From positions 1-13,143 of the IMG/VR virus record IMGVR_UViG_2617270950_000005: 13,143 nt of DNA; one strand, 5' to 3'. Source of the DNA: a virus (taxonomy: Duplodnaviria; Heunggongvirae; Uroviricota; Caudoviricetes). Numbering within the stretch: position 1 is the stretch's first letter; each line of letters starts with the position of its first letter. The notes below the pieces were generated by a model. The model was given only the letters and a program-made list of their open reading frames with translations, was not told where the DNA came from and searched no databases. Shown piece after piece: positions 1 to 8,225 of the stretch. The position numbers and the translations under genes are program-made.

Positions 1-1
1 A

Positions 2-667
2 CTTCTTAACATGCTGGATATTAAAGGAAAAATCATCACAACTGATGCGATGGGTTGCCAGAAAGATATTGCAGAGAAGATACAAAAACAGGGAGGTGAT
101 TATTTATTCGCGGTAAAAGGAAACCAGGGGCGGCTAAATAAAGCCTTTGAGGAAAAATTTCCGCTGAAAGAATTAAATAATCCAGCGCATGACAGTTACG
201 CAATGAGTGAAAAGAGTCACGGCAGAGAAGAAATCCGTCTTCATATTGTTTGCGATGTCCCTGATGAACTTATTGATTTCACGTTTGAATGGAAAGGGCT
301 GAAGAAATTATGCGTGGCAGTCTCCTTTCGGTCCATAATAGCAGAACAAAAGAAAGAGCTCGAAATGACGGTCAGATATTATATCAGTTCTGCTGATTTA
401 ACCGCAGAGAAGTTCGCCACAGCAATCCGAAACCACTGGCATGTGGAGAATAAGCTGCACTGGCGTCTGGACGTGGTAATGAATGAAGACGACTGCAAAA
501 TAAGAAGAGGAAATGCAGCAGAATTATTTTCAGGGATACGGCACATTGCTATTAATATTTTGACGAATGATAAGGTATTCAAGGCAGGGTTAAGACGTAA
601 GATGCGAAAAGCAGCCATGGACAGAAACTACCTGGCGTCAGTCCTTACGGGGAGCGGGCTTTCGTAA
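2..667 (+). CDS. ydcC: ISAs1-family (H-repeat-associated) transposase, C-terminal part; the gene starts upstream of the window
   Basis: Open frame runs from the window edge to TAA at 665-667. Translation (…[30 protein letters not shown]…[20 protein letters not shown]…) resembles Rhs-associated H-repeat / ISAs1 transposases. Its position upstream of pptA-yddH-nhoA matches the K-12 gene order as I recall it. Confidence 0.75.
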
Positions 668-766
668 TCTTGCCCTGGGCATTATTGTCGTATAAACGCT
701 TTACCGGACACATGACATTCACAATGTGTGTTAATTTTACTGACATCTTTCAAAAGGAGCGTAATC

Positions 767-1000
767 ATGCCGCACATCGACATTAAATGTTTTCCGCGTG
801 AACTGGACGAACAACAAAAAGCAGCACTTGCTGCAGATATTACCGACGTTATTATTCGTCATCTGAACAGTAAAGACAGTTCGATAAGCATTGCTCTACA
901 GCAGATTCAACCAGAATCTTGGCAAGCTATCTGGGATGCCGAAATCGCGCCCCAAATGGAGGCTTTGATAAAGAAACCTGGTTATAGCATGAATGCTTAA
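767..1000 (+). CDS. pptA: Tautomerase PptA (4-oxalocrotonate tautomerase family), 77 aa
   Basis: ATG at 767 lies 7 nt after AAGGAG. The protein begins [13 protein letters not shown], with the N-terminal Pro typical of the tautomerase superfamily. The track ORF 728-1000 starts at an upstream GTG that is probably not used. Confidence 0.85.
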
Positions 1001-1566
1001 CCCGCCGTAACACGCTTGCCGCTGGTAACAAACGTCCCAGCACCTAAATGATGCAACGTATTGAGCTTATCATCATCAAACTGCCAGCGGCCTTCGACAA
1101 ATACCCGTGCGTCTGCCGCTGCTGATACTACTTCGCCAAACAGCGTGTCGTATTCTTCTTGCGCAGAAGTCGCAGGTAGCAATCGACACTCCATCCACGC
1201 CAGACATTTTTCCTCGACCAGAGGCAAACCAAATACCGGGCCTCTCACAACCGGAATGCCATAGCAATTAAATTTATCTTCATCACGCCCCGACACACTT
1301 CCCACCGCCCACGTCCAGTTAGTTGCTGCAACGCCCGGGATAACGATGCCAAATTTACCGTTATGTTCAATCAACTCCCTGGTCCATGTCGATTTATCTA
1401 CCACAATCGCCACGCGTGGAGGTTCAAACTCCACCGGCATTGACCAGGCTGCAGCCATAATGTTACGCCGCTGGGATTGCTCATCGAAACTGGTGATCAA
1501 GACCGTTGGGCCATGATTTAACAGACGGCTGGCATGGTGTAATTCTATGGGGATGAATCGGCTCAT
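997..1566 (-). CDS. yddH: Flavin reductase-like domain protein YddH, 189 aa
   Basis: Minus-strand ORF. The internal Met ([26 protein letters not shown]…) gives the expected length. Convergent with pptA, and the two stop codons overlap. Confidence 0.8.
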
Positions 1567-1738
1567 GGTATCGCCTCGCGAAGAAGGTTTTTTTAAGCGT
1601 AGTCCGTAACGCAATAAGTAACGAAATTAACGGGATTGGCGATTTGCGAACGTGATGCATGTCCGCGATCGCACAAAATAGCCGGTGCGGCGTCTATTCC
1701 AGGTTATAAGTTGAGAAAACCACTAAGGGAAACGCCTG

Positions 1739-2584
1739 ATGACGCCCATTCTGAATCACTATTTTGCCCGTATTAACTGGTCGGGAGCTGCTGCGGTCAA
1801 TATTGATACGCTTCGTGCATTGCACCTGAAACACAATTGCACCATTCCGTTTGAAAACCTCGACGTTTTGCTGCCGAGGGAAATACAGCTTGATAATCAA
1901 TCGCCGGAAGAGAAACTGGTGATAGCCCGTCGTGGCGGTTACTGTTTTGAGCAGAATGGCGTGTTTGAGCGGGTGTTACGCGAGCTGGGGTTTAACGTTC
2001 GCAGCTTGTTAGGGCGCGTAGTGTTATCAAATCCGCCAGCATTACCGCCGCGCACCCATCGTTTGCTGTTGGTGGAACTGGAAGAGGAAAAATGGATTGC
2101 TGATGTCGGTTTCGGTGGGCAGACGCTAACCGCGCCGATTCGTTTAGTTTCCGATCTCGTGCAGACCACGCCACACGGAGAGTATCGGTTGTTGCAGGAG
2201 GGGGATGATTGGGTGTTGCAGTTTAATCATCATCAGCATTGGCAGTCGATGTACCGTTTTGATCTCTGCGAGCAGCAACAAAGCGATTATGTGATGGGCA
2301 ATTTCTGGTCGGCGCACTGGCCGCAGTCGCATTTTCGCCATCATTTGCTGATGTGCCGCCATTTGCCGGACGGCGGCAAGCTGACACTGACCAATTTTCA
2401 TTTTACCCATTATGAAAATGGGCACGCGGTGGAGCAGCGAAATCTACCGGATGTGGCGTCATTATATGCTGTGATGCAAGAACAGTTTGGTCTGGGCGTG
2501 GATGATGCGAAACATGGCTTTACCGTGGATGAGTTAGCGCTGGTGATGGCGGCGTTTGATACGCACCCGGAGGCGGGAAAATAA
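1739..2584 (+). CDS. nhoA: Arylamine N-acetyltransferase (N-hydroxyarylamine O-acetyltransferase), 281 aa
   Basis: 281-aa ORF preceded by AAGGGA. It carries the NAT-family catalytic Cys context (RRGGYCFEQN) and matches the expected gene order after yddH. Confidence 0.9.
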   Translation: MTPILNHYFARINWSGAAAVNIDTLRALHLKHNCTIPFENLDVLLPREIQLDNQSPEEKLVIARRGGYCFEQNGVFERVLRELGFNVRSLLGRVVLSNPPALPPRTHRLLLVELEEEKWIADVGFGGQTLTAPIRLVSDLVQTTPHGEYRLLQEGDDWVLQFNHHQHWQSMYRFDLCEQQQSDYVMGNFWSAHWPQSHFRHHLLMCRHLPDGGKLTLTNFHFTHYENGHAVEQRNLPDVASLYAVMQEQFGLGVDDAKHGFTVDELALVMAAFDTHPEAGK

Positions 2585-2595
2585 TTTATGTCAGG

Positions 2596-2630
2596 TTGCC
2601 GGATGCGGCGTAAACGCCTTATCCGGCATA
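2596..2630. repeat. REP (repetitive extragenic palindromic) element in the nhoA-yddE intergenic region
   Basis: GCCGGATGCGGCGTAAACGCCTTATCCGGC is the classic enterobacterial REP consensus shape. It is flanked by the inverted pair TGTCAGG (2589-2595) and CCTGACA (2650-2656). Confidence 0.6.
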
Positions 2631-2679
2631 CATTAGCCCGGTTGTAGACCTGACAGGCGAAGCGCATCAGACAACGGTT

Positions 2680-2865
2680 TCAGAGTTCAATTGCCCATTC
2701 GGCATGAAACAAAATCACCGCTGTGCCTGAAATGGTGACTTTTTCCGGTTGGTTATCACGAATTGTCACCGTCACTTCAATCATACCGTCACGCCCCAAT
2801 GCGCGCCCCTGATGGCCTTTAACACGCAACACGTTGCCATCGTGGGGCAATTGTAACCAGGTGAA
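2680..2865 (-). pseudogene. yddE: 3' remnant (C-terminal ~62 codons) of PhzF-family isomerase gene yddE, truncated by the prophage insertion
   Basis: Minus-strand frame ending at stop (TCA on plus strand, 2680-2682) translates to …FTWLQLPHDGNVLRVKGHQGRALGRDGMIEVTVTIRDNQPEKVTISGTAVILFHAEWAIEL. This has the G-x-I-x-V-x-V … G-x-A-V pattern of PhzF/YddE C-termini. The frame hits a stop at 2866-2868 where prophage-like sequence begins, with no start codon or N-terminal part. Confidence 0.6.
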
Positions 2866-3101
2866 TCATTTGATACCAACGAGGGTTTTAGTGAAAGGAG
2901 GTGAAATCACCTGTAAGATACTGAAATAAAACAGGTGATGTCTGGATGAGCGCTTAAAGTCTATTTGATATCGATTGTGCAATAATTAATCGTTTATTCT
3001 AAAATCGGCAAAACTTTTGATACTGCGATCTCAACTTTTTAAAGCGTTTAAAACTTCATTAAATCTATATGGCAACTAACATACGGGCCAGCCTCGCCAA
3101 A
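2866..3101. repeat. Putative prophage left-end (attL-like) region with repeated candidate transposase-binding motifs
   Basis: TTTGATAYY occurs three times (2869-2877, 2964-2972, 3016-3024), spaced 95 and 52 bp, similar to the L1/L2/L3 layout of Mu attL. A perfect palindrome AGGTGAAATCACCT lies at 2899-2912 and CAGGTGA recurs at 2932-2938. Confidence 0.35.
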
Positions 3102-3632
3102 CTAACCCGCTTTAGATTCTACCGGATTTGATTGCCTACTTGTCTCGGTTTTTTCCAAAATCTCTCTGACGCAATCGTCTGGCATATCTACAATCATCAA
3201 CGCAGCCAGGCGCTTCCTGCCTTCTAGTTGTAATAAATCCTGGTTTTCTTTATTCAGCAGTGTCAGAACCGTCTCCACACCTTTGCGAGCAAGGAGATTG
3301 GTTAACTGTTCTCGTTCGTCTTTCGTAAGGAATGAAAGCATCTGTGTAAGCTGATCTCCCTTATCACCAGAACAACCAAAATTACCATAAATACCAATAT
3401 CGTTTGGTAATTCACCCTTGCCCTCTTTAAGCCACTCAAGACTAACGCCTTCACTTTCAGAAATTCGTATAAGGATACTTTCTCTGGGGGCTGGTTGTGT
3501 TTGTCCTCCCTTGAAATAGCTGTTTAATGTGTTGATATTGATTCCCCACGCTCTGGCAGCTGCACTTCTTGAAGGGTAGCGCTTTGTAAGCATTCCAATA
3601 CGTTCAATAACAGGTTCTTTTCCCTGCGACAT
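3102..3632 (-). CDS. c: Mu-type repressor (c-like), about 176 aa
   Basis: Leftward ORF divergent from ner, the same position as Mu c. Start taken at ATG (CAT 3630-3632) with AGAGGT 6 nt upstream; the longer track ORF reaching 3707 is an unsupported N-terminal extension. N-terminal region (RIGMLTKRYPSRSAAARAWGININTLNSYFKGG) looks like an HTH. Confidence 0.65.
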   Translation of the reverse strand: MSQGKEPVIERIGMLTKRYPSRSAAARAWGININTLNSYFKGGQTQPAPRESILIRISESEGVSLEWLKEGKGELPNDIGIYGNFGCSGDKGDQLTQMLSFLTKDEREQLTNLLARKGVETVLTLLNKENQDLLQLEGRKRLAALMIVDMPDDCVREILEKTETSRQSNPVESKAG

Positions 3633-3707
3633 AAAGATACCTCTTGGTGCTTTTCTAAGGAAAGGTTTCTTTCTATTTATCCAATTGAAAAATAAGGATA
3701 AAAGCAA

Positions 3708-3822
3708 AAATTAGCCAAAATACCAAAAATACCTTGATTTGGTATTTTTGGTGATGCATTATTTACCCGTACAGATATCCGCACGAATATCCGCGCGGGT
3801 AACTTTTTAGAATAGAGGAAGT
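3708..3822. promoter_or_regulatory. Divergent early promoter/operator region between repressor and ner
   Basis: CCAAAATACC at 3715-3724. Inverted repeat CCAAAAATACC (3723-3733) / GGTATTTTTGG (3741-3751). Tandem 12-bp direct repeats GATATCCGCACG (3774-3785) and AATATCCGCGCG (3786-3797) just upstream of ner. TTGATT at 3734-3739 is a possible -35. Confidence 0.55.
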
Positions 3823-4071
3823 ATGAGTAGAAGAGAAGTTTCAGATCACGATTGGCCGCCTGAAATCATCAAGGCGCGCTTACACATGGCTGGCTTATCA
3901 CTGCGCTCTTTATCTTTAAAGGCTGGTTACAGCAGGGATTCGCTGAAAAGCGTATTACGTACTCCTTGCCGACCGTATCAGCAAATAATTGCTGATGCTC
4001 TTGGGGTATCACCTGAAGAAATCTGGCCCAGTCGATACCAGGTTAAGAGCTATATGAGAAAGGCGTCATGA
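3823..4071 (+). CDS. ner: Ner-like DNA-binding transcriptional regulator, 82 aa
   Basis: Protein has Ner/Nlp family hallmarks (…QIIADALGVSPEEIWPSRYQ…). AGAGGAAG RBS. Sits immediately upstream of the transposase gene as in Mu. Confidence 0.85.
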   Translation: MSRREVSDHDWPPEIIKARLHMAGLSLRSLSLKAGYSRDSLKSVLRTPCRPYQQIIADALGVSPEEIWPSRYQVKSYMRKAS

Positions 4072-4072
4072 T

Positions 4073-6163
4073 ATGTATGTCATTGCAAAAGAACTGATTG
4101 GCGCGCCCGGAATGCCTGCTACAACAAAAGGTATTCGCCAGGCATTACAACGTTACGTACAAGGGAAAAGCTGTTGTTCCCGTCGTCGCTCAGGCTCTAA
4201 AGCAACTGAATACAGCATCGACTGTTTACCTGAAGTGACGCAGCAGGCATTACGTGAACGCTACGCCCTGCAACTGATGACGCAAAAAGCCGATGAATCA
4301 CCGGCTCCGGTGGTGACAAAGGCCAGACGCTCACCTGCCGTGGTTGATGCGGTGGAGGCATATCGCGGATCACCCCAACTGATGGTCGAACGCCTCAATG
4401 CCCTGACTGAAAACCAACGTAAAGTGGCAGAGGCACGAATAGCGATCGTCAGCGAGGTGCTGAAAATCGCGCAACAACCCGGCTTTAGTTGCGCTAAGGC
4501 TATCCGGTTCCTCGTTAACAGCCTGGCACGATCACAACTGGACGAGCGCATTGTGGCAATGGTTGAGACGGCGAACGCCAAAAAGGGAAACAGCCGCGCG
4601 TTGAGTGAAATCACGCTGAAACGCTGGATTGCGGCCTTTAACAAGGCACAGAACGCCGCTGAACGCCTGCTTTTACTGGCACCGGGTAAACGCCAGGAAA
4701 TAAAAGCCGAAGATATTAACTGGCTGCCCGAATTTCTGGCGCAGTATCGCCAGTCAAACGGCCGACCAATGACCGAGGCTTACGAGGATTTTGTTGCTGA
4801 ATGGCAGCACCGGCACGCTGATGAGCCTTATATGCTCGATATCATGCCCTCTTATGACACCATTCGCCGCGCAATGAAGAAACTGCCGGAAGTGGTGAAA
4901 CAAAAAGGCCGGGTAACTGGCAGTGAATACCGTCAGCTTGAGGGATTCACGCGCCGCGACTGGTCCAGAATGCCGGTGAATTATGTCTGGATTGGTGACG
5001 GTCACGGCATGAAGCTGAAATGCGCGCACCCGGTTCACGGGCGGCCATTCGCACCGGAAGTGACCTTTGTTATCGACGGTGGCACGCGCTTTGTGGTGGG
5101 CTGGAGTCTTGACCTGGCTGAAAATGTTTTCGCCGTAGCCGGTGCCATACAGCACGGTATTCGCCATCATGGCAAACCGTTTCTGTATTACTCGGATAAT
5201 GGCTCCGGGGAAACCGCCGACGTCCTGGATAAGGAGATTGTGGGGATACTGCCACGACTGGGGATTAATCACCCGACAGGGATTGCCGGTAATCCGCAGG
5301 GACGGGGCATTATCGAACGGCTTAACCGCACATTACCGATGCGCATAGCCCGTAAATACCGCACCTATTTCGGGAAAGGAGCAGATCGCGAGACGTTACG
5401 TAAAACCAACCGCGATTTACGCTCGGCATTCAGTGCCCTGCAACAGGGCAAACGGCTGAACGCCCGGCAGCAGTCAGCGATGCGTGATTTACCGTCCTGG
5501 TCTGAACTGATTGATGCCATTCGTGACGGTGTTGAGTGGTACAACAACCGGCCGCACGATGAATTACCCATGAAGCCGAACGGTAAACATTACAGCCCGG
5601 CGGAGTTCAGAAAAAAACGCCTGGCGGAAGAGGACACGGAAATTGAATGGCTGTCCGATGTTGAACTGCGGGATATGTTCCGGCCGATGGTGGAGCGCCC
5701 TGTAAGACGCTGTGAAATACGCTGGCTGAATAATATTTACTACGCGCCCGAGCTGCGTGACGAGCATGGCCGTAAGGTACTTATCAGCTATGACATTCAT
5801 GATGCCGAACGAATTACCGTGCGCCGCCCGGATGGCAGCGTGATTTGCGAGGCGGTATGGGACGGCAATAAACGCGAAGCCTTCCCTGTCAGCGCGGAAT
5901 ACTACAAACAGCAGCAGCGCCTTAAAGGCATGCGTAAACGCGCAGAGGAAAAAATCCGTGATGCCGAGGATGAGGTTGTCAACGTGCTGGAGCACAAGCC
6001 GCAGGAGCCCTGGCTGGAAAACATATACCGCCCTGTGGGTAATACGGTGACCGTTCAGCAACCGGTCGCTGACGATGAACCTGATGAAGAATACGAGCGT
6101 AATTTCCAGCGGGGATTGCAACTGCTCGAAGCGAAATTAAAAGAAAGTGATCCGCTGGCCTGA
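4073..6163 (+). CDS. A: MuA-like DDE transposase, 696 aa
   Basis: Large ORF with candidate DDE residues in WIGDGHGMK, YYSDNGSG and GIIERLNRT contexts. Size and position match Mu transposase A. Confidence 0.9.
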   Translation: MYVIAKELIGAPGMPATTKGIRQALQRYVQGKSCCSRRRSGSKATEYSIDCLPEVTQQALRERYALQLMTQKADESPAPVVTKARRSPAVVDAVEAYRGSPQLMVERLNALTENQRKVAEARIAIVSEVLKIAQQPGFSCAKAIRFLVNSLARSQLDERIVAMVETANAKKGNSRALSEITLKRWIAAFNKAQNAAERLLLLAPGKRQEIKAEDINWLPEFLAQYRQSNGRPMTEAYEDFVAEWQHRHADEPYMLDIMPSYDTIRRAMKKLPEVVKQKGRVTGSEYRQLEGFTRRDWSRMPVNYVWIGDGHGMKLKCAHPVHGRPFAPEVTFVIDGGTRFVVGWSLDLAENVFAVAGAIQHGIRHHGKPFLYYSDNGSGETADVLDKEIVGILPRLGINHPTGIAGNPQGRGIIERLNRTLPMRIARKYRTYFGKGADRETLRKTNRDLRSAFSALQQGKRLNARQQSAMRDLPSWSELIDAIRDGVEWYNNRPHDELPMKPNGKHYSPAEFRKKRLAEEDTEIEWLSDVELRDMFRPMVERPVRRCEIRWLNNIYYAPELRDEHGRKVLISYDIHDAERITVRRPDGSVICEAVWDGNKREAFPVSAEYYKQQQRLKGMRKRAEEKIRDAEDEVVNVLEHKPQEPWLENIYRPVGNTVTVQQPVADDEPDEEYERNFQRGLQLLEAKLKESDPLA

Positions 6164-6171
6164 AATAAAAA

Positions 6172-6199
6172 AATAACCCGAGGGGTGACTCAGGTTATT
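6172..6199 (+). other. Stem-loop in the A-B intergenic region
   Basis: AATAACCCGAG (6172-6182) pairs with CTCAGGTTATT (6189-6199) at 10 of 11 positions across a 6-nt loop, 9 nt after the A stop codon. Confidence 0.25.
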
Positions 6200-6245
6200 T
6201 GAGGTTTCAGTCTCGGAGAATGCTGTCTCAAGCGAGGTGAATAAT

Positions 6246-7178
6246 ATGACCGATATTAACGATGTAATCAAGACCATTGATGAACTTATTGATGGCGGCG
6301 TACTGACGCAGTATGCCATCGCCAGAGAGGCGGGAATTTCCGACGGCACATTATCGGCTTTCCGTAAGGGAAAATATAAAGGCGATAACGCTGCTGTGGC
6401 TGCTTCCCTGCGCTCCTGGTATGAGAACTGGAATAAACAAAGCGCACTGCCGGAACCGCCGCAGTTTGTGGAAACTCAGACAGTCCAGGAGCTGCGCGCA
6501 CTGTTTCAGGCGGTTCGCCTGATGGGCTGTATTAACGTTATTGTGGGCGTACCGGGTGTGGGTAAAACGGCCACTGCCCGTAATTACTGCCAGGAGCAAC
6601 CAAACACCTGGATGATCACCCTGTCACCCGCGCACTCCAGCGTCACGGAGTGTCTGCTGGAGCTGGCCGATGCGCTGGGGATTGATTACACCCGCGCGAA
6701 CAAAGGGGCATTATCCCGCGCCATCCGCCGTCGCCTGATGGGAACGCGTGGACTGGTGATTGTGGATGAGGCGGATCATCTTGGTATTGACGGTCTGGAG
6801 CAACTCCGGGCAATTCAGGACGCCACGGGGATCGGGATGGTGCTTATTGGTAACCCGCGCGGATTGTTTAAAGGTGGACGCCGCGCCTTTGATGATTTAT
6901 CGCGCCTGTTCAGCCGTCTTGCCCGTACAAAACAACTTCGCAAGGCCAAAAAGGCGGATGTGCTGGCCATTGCCATGGCGTGGGGGATCAGTGGTGAGGC
7001 CGAGCTGGCCGTCATGCAGGCTATCGCTGAAAAGCCGGGAGCGTTACGCGTTCTGACACATACGCTTAACCAGGCGTGGCTCACCGCCAGCGGTGAAGGC
7101 GCGGCGCTGACAGAAAAACATATTAATGCGGCCTTTAAAGAGGTTTATACCAACCCTGAATTACTCTCACAGGTGTGA
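6246..7178 (+). CDS. B: MuB-like AAA+ ATPase (transposition target-DNA activator), about 310 aa
   Basis: Walker A GVPGVGKT and Walker B-like LVIVDEAD. N-terminal HTH-like region. Start moved to ATG 6246 just after GAGGTGA; the track start at 6237 is a GTG inside the RBS. Confidence 0.9.
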   Translation: MTDINDVIKTIDELIDGGVLTQYAIAREAGISDGTLSAFRKGKYKGDNAAVAASLRSWYENWNKQSALPEPPQFVETQTVQELRALFQAVRLMGCINVIVGVPGVGKTATARNYCQEQPNTWMITLSPAHSSVTECLLELADALGIDYTRANKGALSRAIRRRLMGTRGLVIVDEADHLGIDGLEQLRAIQDATGIGMVLIGNPRGLFKGGRRAFDDLSRLFSRLARTKQLRKAKKADVLAIAMAWGISGEAELAVMQAIAEKPGALRVLTHTLNQAWLTASGEGAALTEKHINAAFKEVYTNPELLSQV

Positions 7179-7180
7179 TT

Positions 7181-7402
7181 ATGGCGGTATTTAATATTCC
7201 TGATATTTACGGACGCTTTTACCTGGTTAATTTCGATAACGTGAAGGTGATTTCACTGGCCGAAAATAAAGAATGTGGCGATTTACTTTTTGAATTTAAT
7301 GACCGCACACGAATGGTGATATCTGCCGGACTTGATCGCGAAGGTGCGACAGAAGTTTACAGCGGAATATGCCGTTCTGTTGGTGCGAAACAAGTCAGCT
7401 AA
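7181..7402 (+). CDS. Hypothetical small protein (73 aa) in the position of Mu kil
   Basis: ORF starts right after the B stop and shares the early operon orientation. No recognisable motif. Confidence 0.5.
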   Translation: MAVFNIPDIYGRFYLVNFDNVKVISLAENKECGDLLFEFNDRTRMVISAGLDREGATEVYSGICRSVGAKQVS

Positions 7403-7414
7403 ATGAGGTGTTAT

Positions 7415-7669
7415 ATGAATATGCAATCCTGCGGTAACAAAATGAATTTATTCGACTCCCTGAACAGCGCGCGCCGTCTGACCGAACTTGCCGGTGCGGT
7501 ACTGGAACGCAGTAAGCGCTATCCGCAACGTTTTGCACTGAAAACCACGCCGCCGGTAGGCAACGTGCAGGGAACCGGTGAAATTGAAATCACCATACAG
7601 ACCAACGGCCTGCGCCGCCGTGTGAAGGCCACCCGCATCAGCGGCTGCACGGTTTACTGGGAGGTGTGA
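7415..7669 (+). CDS. Hypothetical protein, 84 aa
   Basis: ATG 7415 preceded by GAGGTG at 7406-7411; the track start at 7403 overlaps that RBS. Packed head to tail with its neighbours. Confidence 0.5.
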   Translation: MNMQSCGNKMNLFDSLNSARRLTELAGAVLERSKRYPQRFALKTTPPVGNVQGTGEIEITIQTNGLRRRVKATRISGCTVYWEV

Positions 7670-7670
7670 G

Positions 7671-7952
7671 GTGAAAAAAAATCTCATTGCATGGGCGTGG
7701 TCGAGTGGTCTTATTGAGTTTGGTTACGTCCTGCCGGAAGGTGCATTGCCGATAGTTGCCGGAAAGCCTGCCACGGTACGGCATGTGATTGAGGTTATGG
7801 CGCGTCATGGACGTGATGAACAGGAGCAGTTACTGGTTCCGGGGATACCGGAAGCGGTGACGGAGGAAGAAGCCTTTAATGCCATGATTCGGTTCTGCCG
7901 TGAGGTCAGACGCCGGGTCAGTTATCCAAACAGAACGAGGACCAGAGGATGA
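7671..7952 (+). CDS. Hypothetical protein, 93 aa (GTG start)
   Basis: GTG 7671 follows GGGAGGTGTGAGG, 2 nt after the previous stop. No recognisable motif. Confidence 0.5.
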   Translation: MKKNLIAWAWSSGLIEFGYVLPEGALPIVAGKPATVRHVIEVMARHGRDEQEQLLVPGIPEAVTEEEAFNAMIRFCREVRRRVSYPNRTRTRG

Positions 7953-8221
7953 GTAAAGTCGTACACATTATTTTCGAATATAAGGAGCACGTTATCCATA
8001 AAAACGCTGATGGAACAGTGCGCATGGGGGTAAGTCTGGACATACGTTCAACCGGGATAAAGCAGAAAGGTGATGGACCCGCCATGATTTTTGGGGTGGT
8101 TATGCTCGCGGAAAGCAGAAACTTCGCAGAGCTTGTGGCAATGAAAGCCAGTGCATTCATGAAAGACAGGGGCATGGCTTCCGGGGTTATTAACGGTAAT
8201 GAATTTAATCAGCAGGGGTAA
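7949..8221 (+). CDS. Hypothetical protein, 90 aa; first of two tandem paralogs
   Basis: ATGA overlap with the upstream ORF. N-terminus MSKVVHIIFEYKEHVIH resembles the next ORF's N-terminus. Confidence 0.55.
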   Translation: MSKVVHIIFEYKEHVIHKNADGTVRMGVSLDIRSTGIKQKGDGPAMIFGVVMLAESRNFAELVAMKASAFMKDRGMASGVINGNEFNQQG

Positions 8222-8225
8222 TTCC

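Noticed and set aside
997-1000. Overlapping convergent stop codons of pptA and yddH
   Set aside because: Compact convergent gene ends are common in core chromosomes and not a sign of a special element.
1061-1267. Short ORFs on both strands inside yddH
   Set aside because: Contained within a recognisable conserved core gene.
1939-2667. Minus-strand ORFs overlapping nhoA and the REP element (1939-2169, 1992-2174, 2144-2425, 2410-2667)
   Set aside because: Antisense to a well-supported gene; the last one runs through a REP element rather than coding sequence.
2866-3101. tRNA or site-specific att core at the prophage junction
   Set aside because: No cloverleaf-forming tRNA-like sequence or integrase gene is evident. 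The transposase and ATPase genes point to transpositional insertion.
3633-3707. N-terminal 25-codon extension of the repressor ORF (track start at 3707)
   Set aside because: The internal ATG at 3632 has a good AGAGGT RBS and gives a Mu-repressor-like length. The extension would run into the operator region.
4261-6121. Several minus-strand ORFs (e.g. 4261-4644, 4754-5272, 5564-6121) and short plus-strand ORFs inside the transposase A gene
   Set aside because: They lie entirely within a large CDS with clear DDE transposase features on the other strand or frame. Long antisense ORFs are expected by chance in GC-balanced coding DNA.
6286-7084. Overlapping ORFs inside the MuB-like gene (6286-6501, 6313-6522, 6351-6599, 6760-7056, 6815-7084)
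   Set aside because: They are embedded in a CDS carrying Walker A/B motifs and have no RBS support. Treated as frame noise.
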